Shown piece by piece: positions 1 to 13,100 of a stretch of 64,000 nucleotides of DNA. This DNA is from Geosiphon pyriformis uo1. Lineage: Eukaryota > Fungi > Glomeromycota. The notes below the pieces were generated by a model. It saw only the letters and a list, made by a program, of their open reading frames with translations. It made no database searches and was not told the DNA's origin. How positions within the stretch are numbered: the stretch's first letter is position 1; every line of letters starts with the position of its first letter. The DNA is taken from contig JAAOMT010000200.1 in assembly GCA_016748015.1 (NCBI GenBank), forward strand, positions 494,984-558,983, in the 5' to 3' direction. Both the position numbers and the translations under genes were made by a program.

Positions 1-1767
1 CGGGTTTTTTTCTGTTTGACCAGCTGCTGGGTTAAGATTTCCAAACAGCAATCCGTATTTTTCTAGTGATTTGGTCCAACTGTGTTGATTCCAAGGGTGT
101 GAATTTCCAGGAGTTCGTAGTGTTTCCGACTGGGTTTTCAGGGGTGGGTTGAATACAATTCTACTTTGGAGTATCTGATGGTATAATGGAGTTGTTGGGG
201 AGAGGACCCTTGGTTTCTTGTTGACCATGGACTTGGCTTGGACAGTTACAGGTTTGTTGGATTTGTTTTCGTATTCTTCAGAGTTGGATTCCACTGGTTG
301 TTGTACTTGAGGAAATTGTTGTGCCATGTAATATTTAATGTCTGTATCGATTATATACAGAGTTTCAGCGATTGCTCGGGTAGTCGTGGCTGTTGAGTAC
401 CCTAGTAAGCTTTGATGGATTTGTTCTCCAAGTCTTCCTATATCAGTTGTGTGGCCTAACAAGCAATCAATTTTTGTGTTGATATAGTTACAAAAATCAC
501 TTTCTGTGTAAGCAGTTCCTACTGGTATTCTTAGGTCTTTTCGAAATATTGAAATAGTGCTTTTCCGTACGAGGAGTAGTCCTTTCCTATTGTTCCAATA
601 GTCGCCACTTTTATGTATTTTTGGGAGTGCTCTGTCTCTGTGGATTTATAACCTTACAAGGAGCACCAAATATTATGGGTAAACTTGGTGGGTATGGGAA
701 ATGGTAACGTTTGGTGCTCTCAATTATTGATGATGTGTCTTCTGTATAATTCTGTTGGCTTAATCTTGATTATCAATCTCTGAAAATCTATTTCTGGATG
801 TGAATTTTACCCGTTGAGTTCTTTGGTTATAAGGCACAGAGTTTGTCTTTCGTCGATTACAATGTTTTTCATAAATGTGAGCTTTCTTCTCCGAGCTAAC
901 AAGCACAGTTGTTAGGGTTTGGCATTGTCTTTTTGCCCTTCTGGTAAGCTAACAAGATAATGTTAATATCCAAAACTTAGGGGGAGCTTCCCTCTTTTAC
1001 CAGGCTATCACAAAGTCTATTCTCAGACAGTCAATTTTACTATGTTGTCGCTTCACAAAAAATTAAGACAGAAAAAGAAAGAAAAAGAAAAAGAAAAAGA
1101 AAAAGAAAAAGAAAAGAAAAGAAAAAAGAGAAAAGATAAATTAGTATCGTCAATCACCATGATCAAGAGTGATTGGTCCAAATTGTTAATAGGTTTGAGG
1201 CAGTTATGCTAAGAGCATCTATTTTAGAACGGAGGTATGAGACAAGGGTTAATTTACGTAAATTTCACGAAGTTCGAGAACATGAATTCGTGATTCTGAT
1301 TTCTTTTAATAATTGGTTTATTTCAGGAAAGATAATAAAGGATGAAGGGGTATGGATATTTTAATTTCTGGTCTAAAGGTTCGTATCTATTTTTTTTTCT
1401 TCCTTTTTTCACTTTTACAACTACTTGCTTTTATACATTCTTTTGGTTTTACAGGATTGCTTTCAATTGTCTTGCTATCATTAGCTATTGCTTTGTTGTT
1501 TCTATTATTGCTTCGTTTTTCTATGTTATTGCTAGTTATCCTATGTTATAACATATTATCTAATGTTATTACATGTTATTCTGTATTATCCTGCATTATA
1601 ACATGTTATCCTATATTATTGTGTGCTATTCTGTGTTATCCTGCATTATAACACGTTATCCAATGTTATAACATGTTATCCAACATTATTGCACGTTATT
1701 CTGTATTATATCATGTTTTGGTCACGTTTCTTTATAACTTTGGATCGGTTTTTCTACTCAGGTAACA
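1..1767 (-). mobile_element. 5' end of a Ty3/gypsy-like LTR retrotransposon (5' LTR, PBS, start of gag-region ORF) running off the left edge
   Basis: LTR 1767->671 matches the solo LTR at 29980-30994. It is followed by TGGTGCTCCTTGTAAGG (PBS). Minus-strand translation TESDFCNYINTKIDCLLG aligns with AESAFNFYINEKIAYLLG in the pre-gag ORF (50679) of the complete element. Confidence 0.85.
671..1767 (-). repeat. LTR (~1.1 kb) containing a (GAAAAA)n tract at ~1070-1135 and ~20-bp tandem repeats at ~1535-1720
   Basis: Minus strand begins TGTTACC and ends CATAATA (decayed ...AACA). Colinear with 29980-30994. Confidence 0.85.
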
Positions 1768-4700
1768 GTATTTACACATGTATATTAGGTCAATCTTCAA
1801 AAACTTTTTTATTCAACATTTTAAGTAACATTGAAAATATTGTGGCTTTTCTGTTTTCTAAGTTTGTAGGCTCTGAAAAATTGTATTTGATCAGATTATG
1901 TATATTAGAAAAGCAAGTTTTCGATTCAGTTAAATTATTTGTGTTGGATATTGAGTTATCTGTTTTATTTGGCAAAACTATTAATGACAAGTTAATTGTT
2001 GTAAAAAAAATTTTTATCGAATTGATGGTTTTGGGAGAGTGTCTGCTTCTTTAAAATTTTCTGACATTATTAGATCTTTTTTTACTTCCAAATTTAGTTT
2101 AATCAAAGCCAAGAAAATAGTTATTAATGAAAAATTTTTGGTGAATAATGAGGTTAGAAAACCAAACAATCAGTCAGATCAAGAAGTAATTGTCAAGAAG
2201 ATTTCAATTAATTTTTTCAAATCAGCTGTAGAATTAGTTTTTTCTAAATTTGGCAAGATTATTTCAATCAAAATACAGTTAATTGGTCTTTAACAAAAGA
2301 CTTTAAGTGAGTTTAAATCTTTTGTTGTTGTCAGTTTGGTTGCTTCCAAATGATCAGTGCTTATGGAAAAAAACTCTGTATATATAGCTTTAGTAATTGA
2401 AAATAAACAATTATGGGTTTTAAGGAATCAATATTAGGCTTTGTTGTATACTCTTTTAGTTGGCATAATAGCTCATAATTTGTCTGAATTGTTGGTATTA
2501 TATAGTAAAAAAACTTGTTTTATTGGTTATAATTCTAGTTCATATATGTATGATAGGTGTATAATAATATGTTTTGCTAATAAAACATCTAAATTGGCTG
2601 CTGTTGGTTCTGTTTTAATCTTTATAAGTGTGAATTTGCATTAAACTGGTCTTTTTTTGGCTTGCTGTGCTCAATGTAAACAATTTGGTTATGTTTCTAA
2701 TATCTGTTTAGTAGGTGGAAATTTTGGTATTTATGATAAAAGGGTAATGACTTTTTAGAATTAGATTTACTTAGCAAATATTTATAAGAAAAAGCAAGTG
2801 CTTATTGCTTATCTAGTTTCTTTTGATGGTAAAACTTGGGCACAAATTGCTAGTAATTCTCTTTTACAAGTGATCTCTGCAGTTTCTTTGGATACTAGTT
2901 TGTCTTTTGATACAAAACTCTTTTTATTAATTTTTGTTTTCCATAATGACTCTTGTTTGAATAACTATTTAGCTTCTTTAAAATGTTCTTTGAAGCTTCT
3001 GGCAGATCAGGTTTCCAGTATTTTGAAAAAGTTAAGTGTTGTGGAATTGGTGTCTCTGCTATTTGTTTCTTATATGGTCTTCTTAAATGCTTTTACATCT
3101 TTGGCTTCAAATTTAGATTTGGATATGACTTTGAATGGTGTATTGGCATCATCTGTACTTTCTTTCTCTGTTGGTAAAAATATGGTTTCTGATTTCAGTT
3201 CTAGTAATTTAAAGGTCCTAACCATCAAAGGGTTTGGAGTTAAAGATGGTGGCTTTGAAAGTTTTGATCAATTTGGTGCTTGTAAAGTTAAATTATTTGG
3301 ACTCTGATTTGGGTTCTTTATTTCTCTTTTTGTTTTAATAAGTAGTCTGGTTTGATAATTTGCTATGTGCAATATTCAAGATATTAATGTCCTTATTAAG
3401 CAGAAGAATGTTATTTGTTGACATATAAGTTCGGATAATATGATGTTTTTTATTATTAAAACTAAGTTGCAGTTTAGTGTTAAATCTTGAATTGCTCATA
3501 AGTTTAAGAGTATACAGATTTTTATGTCTGGTTTAAAAAAAGGCTTTTTTAGTGCTAGAATGGTTATTGTTATGAACAATTTTTTGGTTCATTACATATT
3601 TAAAATAAAGAAGGTTTCTGGTTGGATTGTTTTAATAAAACTTTTGTTTAAAGACAAGCTCTCAGTTATAGTTCTAGGTTTGTATGCCAGTGTCTTTTCT
3701 GAAGCTAGGTTTGGTCAGGCTTTAGAAGTGAACTTTCTCATTGCAAAGGCTGTTAACTCCAGCACTTTTGTGCTCTTAGGTGAGAATTTTAATAAAAATA
3801 GATCTGGAAAGAATACAAGTTTCAAGTTCTGTTTGGGTTTGGGTTTAGGTTTGGTCAATTTTTTTGTTGGCCATTATTTGGTGAAAACTTTTACATAAAA
3901 CAATTCAAGAGAGGTTGAGAAAACTATTAATTACATTTTTGTTAGTGAAAATTTATCTTTTGCTATCACTGGTCATTGAATTGGCTCTGTTTCTGGCTTC
4001 TTTGACACTAATTACAGAGCTGTCATGGTGTCAATTGGCTTGGGAGAACTCTTAAATATTTGTCTGAATAGCTTGTATAAACAGACTAATAAAGATCATT
4101 GGAAATTCAAAATTAAGAATATGGATAAAGCCAGGTGGACTAAATTTAAGAAATGCTCTGTTGTTAAGCTCTTAATAGTAAGAGACAAATTCTCAATTGC
4201 TAAAAGTCATGGTAATGTGGATGCTATATAAGCAGTATTAAAGAGAATTATGGTTAAGGCAGCTAATAAGATATTTTTAAGACATTAATTCAGTGAGTTT
4301 CAATATGCAAAAATAAATATTTGTCTAGGTTTTTTGGATTGAAATTGTTGGTTGCTAAAATTGTTAAGAAATTTGGCTTTGGTGACATGTTTGGAGTTGT
4401 TTGTCTAGTGAGAAAATAGTTTACTTTAGATGATGCCAAAGCTTGTGTATTTGCTAATTTTGTCTATTTGAATATGAGTTCTAAAGTGGTTTTTAAGTAT
4501 TTATTATTGATTTGCAAAGATTATAGAAAATCCAAGTTATACAAATCAAGATTGGCTAAAGAGGCTTCTATTAAAAAAACTATTGAGAAGTGCATAAATA
4601 ATTTTAGCTTTGATAAGGACAGCATGATCAGAAATATTTTGGATCAGTCTTTTTACAAAGTGGTTCTTGATTATTTAGTAATAAATGGTAAGTTGGTTTT

Positions 4701-7700
4701 AAAATCTGAGAAGATGAAATTCAATATTGACAAAATTATAGAAAATTGGACAAAAAAGTGAATTGTGTCTTTAGTGCTATCTGATTACTGAATTTACCAA
4801 TATACACCTTTGAGTCATGTTAAAGATGATGCTTTTTCTAAAGTTATGGAAAAAATTAATATGGGAAAGTTGTTTTTGGTTGTGAATAGTCTGTCTGATA
4901 ACAAGACTGCTGGCTTGTTTGGCATTTCTAATGAACTTTGAAAACATGGCAGTGAAGAGGTGTTAAAATACTTTTTAATTTTGTTGAATATATGTTTGTC
5001 TGTTAACAGTGTGTTTGCTTTGTGAAAAAGAGCATGGGTTTTTATGATTTCTAAATTTTATAACTGGAATGGAATTCTTACAAACATTTGGCCTATAGTT
5101 TTAATTAAGACTGTCAGAAAGATTTTTTCTAAAGTTCTGTCTGATTGCATTTTATTTACATATAGCAAGTTTGGTATTTTTTATGGTGATAACTTTTCAG
5201 TGTTAAAAGGTATGTCTACATAGTTTCTAGTGTTTGCTATTAGGTCAATAATTGAGGATGCTCTTAAGAAGAATAAAAAACTTTGGTTGGTCTTATAGAA
5301 TATGTGAAAGACATAATTTGGTTAAATGGCATTACTTGAGAGCCAGCTTACAGTAAATTAAAATATGTGACAGATTTATAAAGTTCTTTGGTAGTATACA
5401 TAAGGATAGGATCAACAGAATAATGACTGATTTTGGCTTGTTAGATGATTATAGAGTTCATAATATATTAGATCAAGGTAAAGTCTTTTTGTTTCTTCTT
5501 TAGAGAATTTTTTATGATTCACTTTTGTGTAAGGTCAAGAAATATAAACAATTGTTTGGATATCAAATTGATATTAAGTTTGTTTTAAAATTGGGCAGAG
5601 TTGAGAGGTGTAGTGGGTTAACATCATTTTTTGCTGCTGGCACTTTTGTTGATAACACAGTTTGGGTTGAGAACTGTCAAGCTTTTACTCAGTATGCTTT
5701 AAATATTGCCAGTGAGTTTTTTGATATTAATAATATTTCTATTAACAATAAAAAAACAGTGGCTATCTTCATTAATCAGGATATTAAAGTTGCTGCTTTG
5801 TGATTAGCCAATTTTAATTGCCAAAAAGAGTAAGACACATTAATATATGGAGATCTTTTTGTTTACTAAAAGATTATTCAAGCCAAGTATGACCAAGACT
5901 TATTCTGATATTCGTTTTTTTGTTAATATTATGTTCAGAAAAACTATTACAGATAAACAGTTCTTATATTTGGTGTTGACTATCTTGCAGCTTATAATTA
6001 GTTATCAGACTTAGTTTAGTTTTGTTTCTTCAAATGTGTATTACAAGTAAGATGTTATAATTAGGAAGGTCTCAAACTTAAAGCATTTTTGCCCTGTGAT
6101 TTTCTCAATATGACTTTACATCATCTCTCTTTATATGGCTTAAAATCTTTTAAACAAGTGCAATCTGAAGGGAAAATGACTGTTTTAGTTTTTTTTTTAA
6201 TATCTTAAATATTTTTGAGCATTTATTTAGTTATAAATTCTTGAATTTGCAGGTTTTGGATTGGACTTCTCTGAATCTTTTGCAGTTTTCTGTTAAGCTA
6301 TGTGTTAGTTCAGTAAACAATTTTTTGGCTGGAGTAGTTAAGATTTTTTTAGACAATAAGCTTTTTCTAATGAACAATTTTCTCAATGTTTTTTATAGTT
6401 TTAGTGAATTTTTAATGTCTTTGACTCTTAGAAAGTTTTTGTATTTCAATTCTGTTTGTTTGTTGAAGTATTTTGGTATTGCTTTTGGTAATTGGCTATT
6501 TGATAAAAAGGGCAATATGATAGACTAGAAGACTTTTTATTATTGGAAAAGATTGGATCTGTAAGGCCTCATGTCTTGTTAGTTTGGGATTATATCTGAA
6601 TATTTGGTTAGTTATGGTTTTTTTTTATCTGGCTCTGCTGTTTCTGTTCAATTACATGGTTTGAACATTTTGGAATTTAATGAAATTTTTACTATAAAAA
6701 ATGATTTACATAATATTTGGTCTGGCTCATTTAAGATATACATAAATGATTTATTAAAAGATGCTGGCTCTGCTGATGTCACTAGTAAGACTGCTGTATA
6801 TTTTTCAGCAGTGAATATGTATGTTGATGTTGCTGTTTATGGTTTTTTGTCTTCTATTATGGCCAAGTTACAAGCTGTTGCTTTGTCCTTAAAGTATATT
6901 CTGTTTTTTTGTATGGTAGCATTACACTTTGACAGCCAAGCTGCTATTAATACATGTGTGTCTAAATTGTTATTTGCTGCATCTAATTTTCATAACCAGT
7001 ACTGAATAGAAAGACAGCATATTTTTAATTTAATTTGGAAAAAAGATCTTACTGTGAATTGAATTAAGATTAAAAGCCATTCCAGATTTTTTGGTAATAT
7101 GAAGACTGATATCACAGCTGGGAAGACTGCACAGTCTCCTTTTTTATTGTTGGCTGGAGTGCAAAAGTGTTTTTTGGTGACTAAGGATACTGCTGTATCT
7201 AATAATGCCTGTCATTTTGTCAGAAATATATTTTGGTCTGTTTGTTATACTCATTAGGAAACTGGTTTTGGCTGTAATATAATTCCAAATGTGCTAATCA
7301 AAAGTGTAAATTGGATTACTATTGTAAAAGTGTGGCATCCTAATTCTTACATGTTTACTGGATTCACTAATCAGAAGTTTTTTAGCTTATATATATATTT
7401 GATAAAAGCTGTACACAAACAGCTACTTGTGGCAGTCAGAAAAAAATTATATGATAAAGATTATTCTGGTGTACTGTGTCTGTTGTATAATAAAGTAAAG
7501 TTTCCTGATCATGCTTTCATTTGTGCTCAAGATGTTGTTGTTTAAAATAAGATTTTGGCTATAGTTTCTGTACATTGATCTGTTTTGGCTGATATTTATG
7601 ACCTGTTTTTTTCTGCTGTTTTACAGGTCCTCTCTTAATGTTCATCAGATATCAGTTTATATGCAATAGTGTATAAGAAATTTGTGTTAAAGAAGTGGTA

Positions 7701-8150
7701 TAAGGAGACTATTAGAAGTTTCAATATTAAAAAGAAAGCTATTAATAAAGTTGTCAATTTTATAAAGTTTATTGTAGAGTTATATTATACTAAGGCATAG
7801 TTGATAAGGTCTGAGCACAAAATAAGAATGAAGTTAGCTGGTTTGATTCATAATAGTAGTGTAATTTCTGGACTGTCACGTGATATGTTATTGGTGTTGT
7901 CAAATAAGGTGGTTAGATTGCTTGGTATTATTGAATTTTTTGCTGTTAGTTTTAGATATTATAAGCTGTATTGTTTCTTTTTTGGTTTGGATGATGTTAT
8001 TTAAGTTAATATAAGTGTATAATGTTGTTTTATCTGGTCTAAGTAACTAGCCATATATAGTAAGTACATGAATTATATTTAGTTAAGTTACTTAGTTTGG
8101 TTCTATATATTAGATAATAGTTAGATTTTACTTCTTAAATACTTTAATAA
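1768..8150 (+). mobile_element. Degenerate LINE (ORF1; ORF2 APE-RT-RNase H-zinc finger), 5' part cut by the LTR insertion
   Basis: Broken frames give ORF1 (KFGKIISIKIQLIGL), APE (VLGLYA, LLGENFN), RT (FFAAGTFVDNT), RNase H (KIYINDLL, KLQAVALSL, DSQAAI) and the C-terminal CLLY..PDHAFIC. Family 3' tail at ~8017-8150. Confidence 0.9.
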
Positions 8151-10150
8151 TAAATAATTAATTATTAAAAATAATATTAAATTTTTATATATAAAATTTG
8201 TATTTTATGCTTTTTTAAATATTATTGTTTGAATTAAACTTGTTAAATTATTATTTTTATTATTTTTATAATTGTAAAATTTTTTGTAGTATTTAATTTT
8301 GGTTTTATTTTTATTATTATTTTATGTAATATTTTTTTTAAAATTACTGTAAATAATATTAAAATTAAAACTTATCAATTAATAATAATATAAAATTATT
8401 TACTTTAAGTTTTATGTGTTTTTAAATATTATTTTGATTTGTTAATTGGTTTTTATTTTAAAAAAAGTTATTATTTTTTAAAATATTTTTAAAACCAAAT
8501 TAATAATTTTTTTTGGTTATACTGTTTTTAAAATTAATAAATTGGTTTTTTAAATATGTAATTATATCTGTTTTATTTTTTGGTTTTTTAATTTTACTTA
8601 ATAGTTAAGATATATTATTATTATTATTTTTGGTTTTTAAACTGAATTAAATAATTTAGTTATTAAGATTAATATTCTAAAAAAATCATATTTAATAAAA
8701 AAATTTTAATTGTTAATATTGTTTTAAGTATTAAAATTTAAATTATTTGTTTTTATATAAATTGTTTTTTTTTTATTTTTTCAAGCTTTTTTTATGTTTA
8801 TAATTAGTTTTAAAATTTTTGAAAGTTATTTTATAAATTTTAAATTTTATGTAATAATTTTGGCTTTTTTTGTTTTTTTTTTGTTATTGTTATGAATTTT
8901 GCTATTGGCTCAAATTAGCTTTTTTGAAATTTAAATTAGCTAAATTGGCTTTATTAATTAGTAATTGTGATAATATTAAAATTGTTTTTAAATATTGTTT
9001 AAATAAAACTTTAACTAAAAAATTACTTTTACATTAAAAAAAAGTTTTTAACCCAATTTTTTATTTTAAATCTGTATTATTTAAAAAAATTACTTTTATA
9101 ATATTTTGTTTAACTGCTTTTTATTACTGAAAAACTTTTTTAGTTGTTGTTTTTTTAATTATATAAAAAAATTATTAATTTTTTTTGTAAAACATATAAT
9201 TTACAAAATTAAAAGACAAAAAGAGTTTAAATCAATAATATAAAATATTTGATTAAATATTAAGATGTTTAATTGTTTGGTGTACAAATTAAAAATAAGT
9301 TACAAATAACAAATAAACATTATATTAATTGCAATTTATTAAGATGTTATTGTAATTTAAATTAATATATATTAAAAAAACCTATTTGTTGTCATTAAAA
9401 ATGAACAATATTATTTTTAATTAATTTAATGAAATTCATCAAAAAATTTTGGCACAAAGCATTAAGATAGATGGTTTTTTAAAATGAACAATACTAATCT
9501 TTTTAAAATAATAGAAAAATAGAAGATGATGATTGAAACAGCAATGGCAATAGGAACGGCGTCAAGGGAAAGAAGGACAAAAAAGGTAAGCTTGGGTTTT
9601 TTAACGCGACATTCGGAAAATATGACGGGGACATTATTAAGCAAATCTTTTCATCTGTACTTGGGTTTTAAAACCAAACAATCCATTAACTTCTACATAC
9701 TCAGTTATGGGTCCACTGAACATCTGATCAAGATATTATCAATAACTGCGTTAACTGGTGAGCTTCACTATTAGCATAACACAACTCACTAAAATAGTGC
9801 CTTACCTTTTCGTTCATTCTTGCGAAAAATAGAGAAGGCGGTGGAAAGAAGAACGGTGTTTTACTTTGAGATAGACTTTAAACTTCATTCTTTTGCCTTA
9901 CCTTAAAAAGAAAACTGTAAGTTTCATTTGACATTATTTCAAGTTGGCAAACTGCAATTTCTGAATTCTGATCTAGTTTGGGGAACATGCGGCGAATTCC
10001 ATTCTATTTTGGTTATTAATATTTATCTAGGTCGCAAATTATTGCACTTCATTGAGAGGGAAAACCTTCTAACTATCGTTTTTTTCTTTGCAAGTAAAAT
10101 TATAAGCGCGGTGACGATTAAAATTCAATTCCTTCTTATCGGAAATAATC

Positions 10151-13100
10151 ATGGGTATTCCAAAATTCTTCCGATGGGTTAGGTGAGAAGTGATTTTTTA
10201 CAATAATAATTGAATCAACATAATTCAATTGTTATGGTTACTCAATAGTCTTTGACCTCTTAGTGAGAGATATCCTCTCTGTAGCCAGCTTATTACAGAA
10301 ACAATGTAAGTGAATTTGAATCCATAATAATGCTACCTTTCTCTCGAAAATACTCTAAATTTGTTTTATTCCTGCAATAAATGTGTACAGGATACCAGAA
10401 TTCGGTAAGAATTTCCATTTAAAGCACTCTTTTAGTATATGTGAAAGCAATCTCTCAATATTGATCGGGATCCATTTTCACTAGATAATTTATACCTCGA
10501 CATGAATGGGATTATTCATCAGTGCTCACATCCGAATGACGTTGATGCGCATTTCCGCGTATCAGAAGAAAAAATTTTCATCGGAATATTTAATTATATT
10601 GATCACTTGTTTACAAAAATAAAGCCGAAAAAGCTATTTTTTATGGCGGTGGATGGTACCTATATCTCTATATTAGTTTTCATATTTTTCTCAATATATT
10701 GATACTGATATCATTATAAGGCGTTGCGCCAAGGGCCAAAATGAACCAGCAAAGATCGCGAAGGTTCAGAACCTCGAGAGATGCTGCAGAAGCAGTTAAA
10801 AGAGCACAATTAAGAGGCGAAGAGCTCCCTGAAGAGGAGCCATTTGATAGCAATTGCATCACACCAGGTGTGTATTCCTTATTTCTCAATAATAATAATT
10901 ATTATGAATTTAATTTAAACTATCCATCATATTATTGCTAACAGGCACGGAGTTTATGAAACAACTCTCGCGTCAACTTGAGTACTTTATTAACAAAAAA
11001 GTGTCCGAAGATGCTAATTGGCGGGATATCCAGATAGTATTGTCGGGGCACGAAGTTCCAGGAGAAGGGGAGCATAAAATTATGGAGTATATTCGTAATT
11101 CGAAAGCTCAACCCGATTATAACCCTAACGTGAGACATTGTCTATACGGATTGGATGCCGACTTAATCATGCTTGGTCTTATAAGTCATGATCCACATTT
11201 CGCGTTGCTTCGGGAAGAAGTTACATATGGATCGAGTAGGAAGAAAAAGAGCGGGTATGCTTAAAGGAAATATATTTAAAACTCCTTATCTTTTTGCTTA
11301 ACAGGTTTCTATTGCTTTTTTTTTATTTTTATAGACGTCTTGAAGCACAAAATTTTTATCTCATGCATTTATCGATTCTTCGGGAATATCTTAATCTCGA
11401 GTTTTCCACGCTTCGAAAATCTTTACCATTTGAATACGATCTTGAAAGGATAATTGATGATTTTATATTGTTAGCTTTATTTGTGGGAAACGACTTTCTG
11501 CCACATTTGCCTAATCTGCATATTTCTGAAGGAGCTTTAGGGCTCATGTTCCATGTTTACAAAACGGTTTTGCCTCAAACAGGTGAGTTATTTATGGAGG
11601 TCGATTTTTTGTTACAATCCTTTCAATTTTTAAAGGCCTCTATATTTAGGGGGTTACATTAACGATGGGGGAATTCTCGATATGAAGAGGCTTGAGTTGA
11701 TATTTAATGAACTGACATACTTTGAAAGAGACGTGTTCGATGGGGAATACGTTGATCTCAAATGGTTCAAAGGAAAGCAAAGAGGCAGTTTGCAAAAGAT
11801 AGAAAAAGAAAGAAAAAACAAAACTTTAGGTGAAGGATTTGAAAATTTTGATTGCTGTCATGATTTTCTTCCCTCCAAAATTTACGAGGCTCCTTATTTT
11901 TTTTCAGTAATGACACAGAAACAACATGATATATTTAAACAAATTAAGGACTTTGTCAATTGCCGTGATACAGAAACCCATCATTTTCCCGCTGATTTCA
12001 CTGCACGTGATCGTGTTTTCGTCCACGATCTCGCCAAAGAATTAGGAATACGGCATGCAGTTGAATATGAAAATGATGGAGGCAAACATATTTATGTCGA
12101 AATTAACTCGGATGATGATTCAGACGATGATACAAATGAGACCAGGGCCGAAGTACTCGCTAAATACGAAAAAGCCGAAGTAGTAGATGAGAATGACCTC
12201 GATACAATAGAGGAAAAAGAGAAAAAAAAATTCGATGAAAAGTTTAACGAATGGAAAAAGGAGTATTACATGAGTAAAATGCAAATAAATCCAGAAAATG
12301 AAGAGCAGATGGATCACATCGTGGGTGCCTATGTGGAAGGTTTACAGTGGGTTCTCCACTATTATTATAATGGGGTTGCCTCGTGGGGATGGTTTTATCC
12401 TTTTCATTACTCTCCCAAAATTTCCGGTAAGCTGGGACTATTATTTATCGATCATAATATTGTTTTTGATGATCTATTTTTTACAGAGTTACAAATTTAT
12501 TATTTCAATAAATTTGAATTATCTTCTCATGATGCCTTTAAGATTTGCACGATTTGGACCGTTTTGATATCAAATTTGACCTTGGGGTTCCATTCAAACC
12601 TTTTGAACAACTAATGGGAGTACTACCTGAAGGAAGTAAAAGATTGTTGCCGCAGCCATTACAGGTATACATTCGAATAATTGGGATAAATGTCGCTGAG
12701 CATCATATTGACTTTTTCTATTGTTTTTATAGTTGCTGATGACTAATCCGGCGTCACCCATCCTAGACTTTTACCCCAAAGATTTCGATCTCGATCTTAA
12801 CGGTAAAAAACAGGATTGGGAAGCCGTAGTCAAAATTCCATTTATAGAAGAAAATAGGCTAATCGCAGCGATTAAATGTAAGTTATGTAACTTTTCCACT
12901 ATTTCGCATTTTCACCCCAATTTCAAACTATCGTCAAAGACGACGAACTGGAATTGTTTTTATCGGCTTACATTCTTCCCTCCCACATCACCTTTGTGAG
13001 GAACATACTTACTGTTCATAATAGATGCCGGAATCCACAAATTTTTAAGACACTGTTTTCATTTGATAATTCTGATAAATAATTTCAGCTAACATTTAAT

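Noticed and set aside
1173-2054. Hydrophobic ORFs resembling membrane proteins (also 31729-32040 and 33757-33951)
   Set aside because: They are translations of T-rich LTR sequence and tandem repeats, and are not preserved in the paralogous LTR copies.
9525-9727. Box C/D snoRNA (ATGATGA ... CTGA)
   Set aside because: About 200 nt apart, with no clear terminal stem or recognisable rRNA guide. The motifs are expected by chance.
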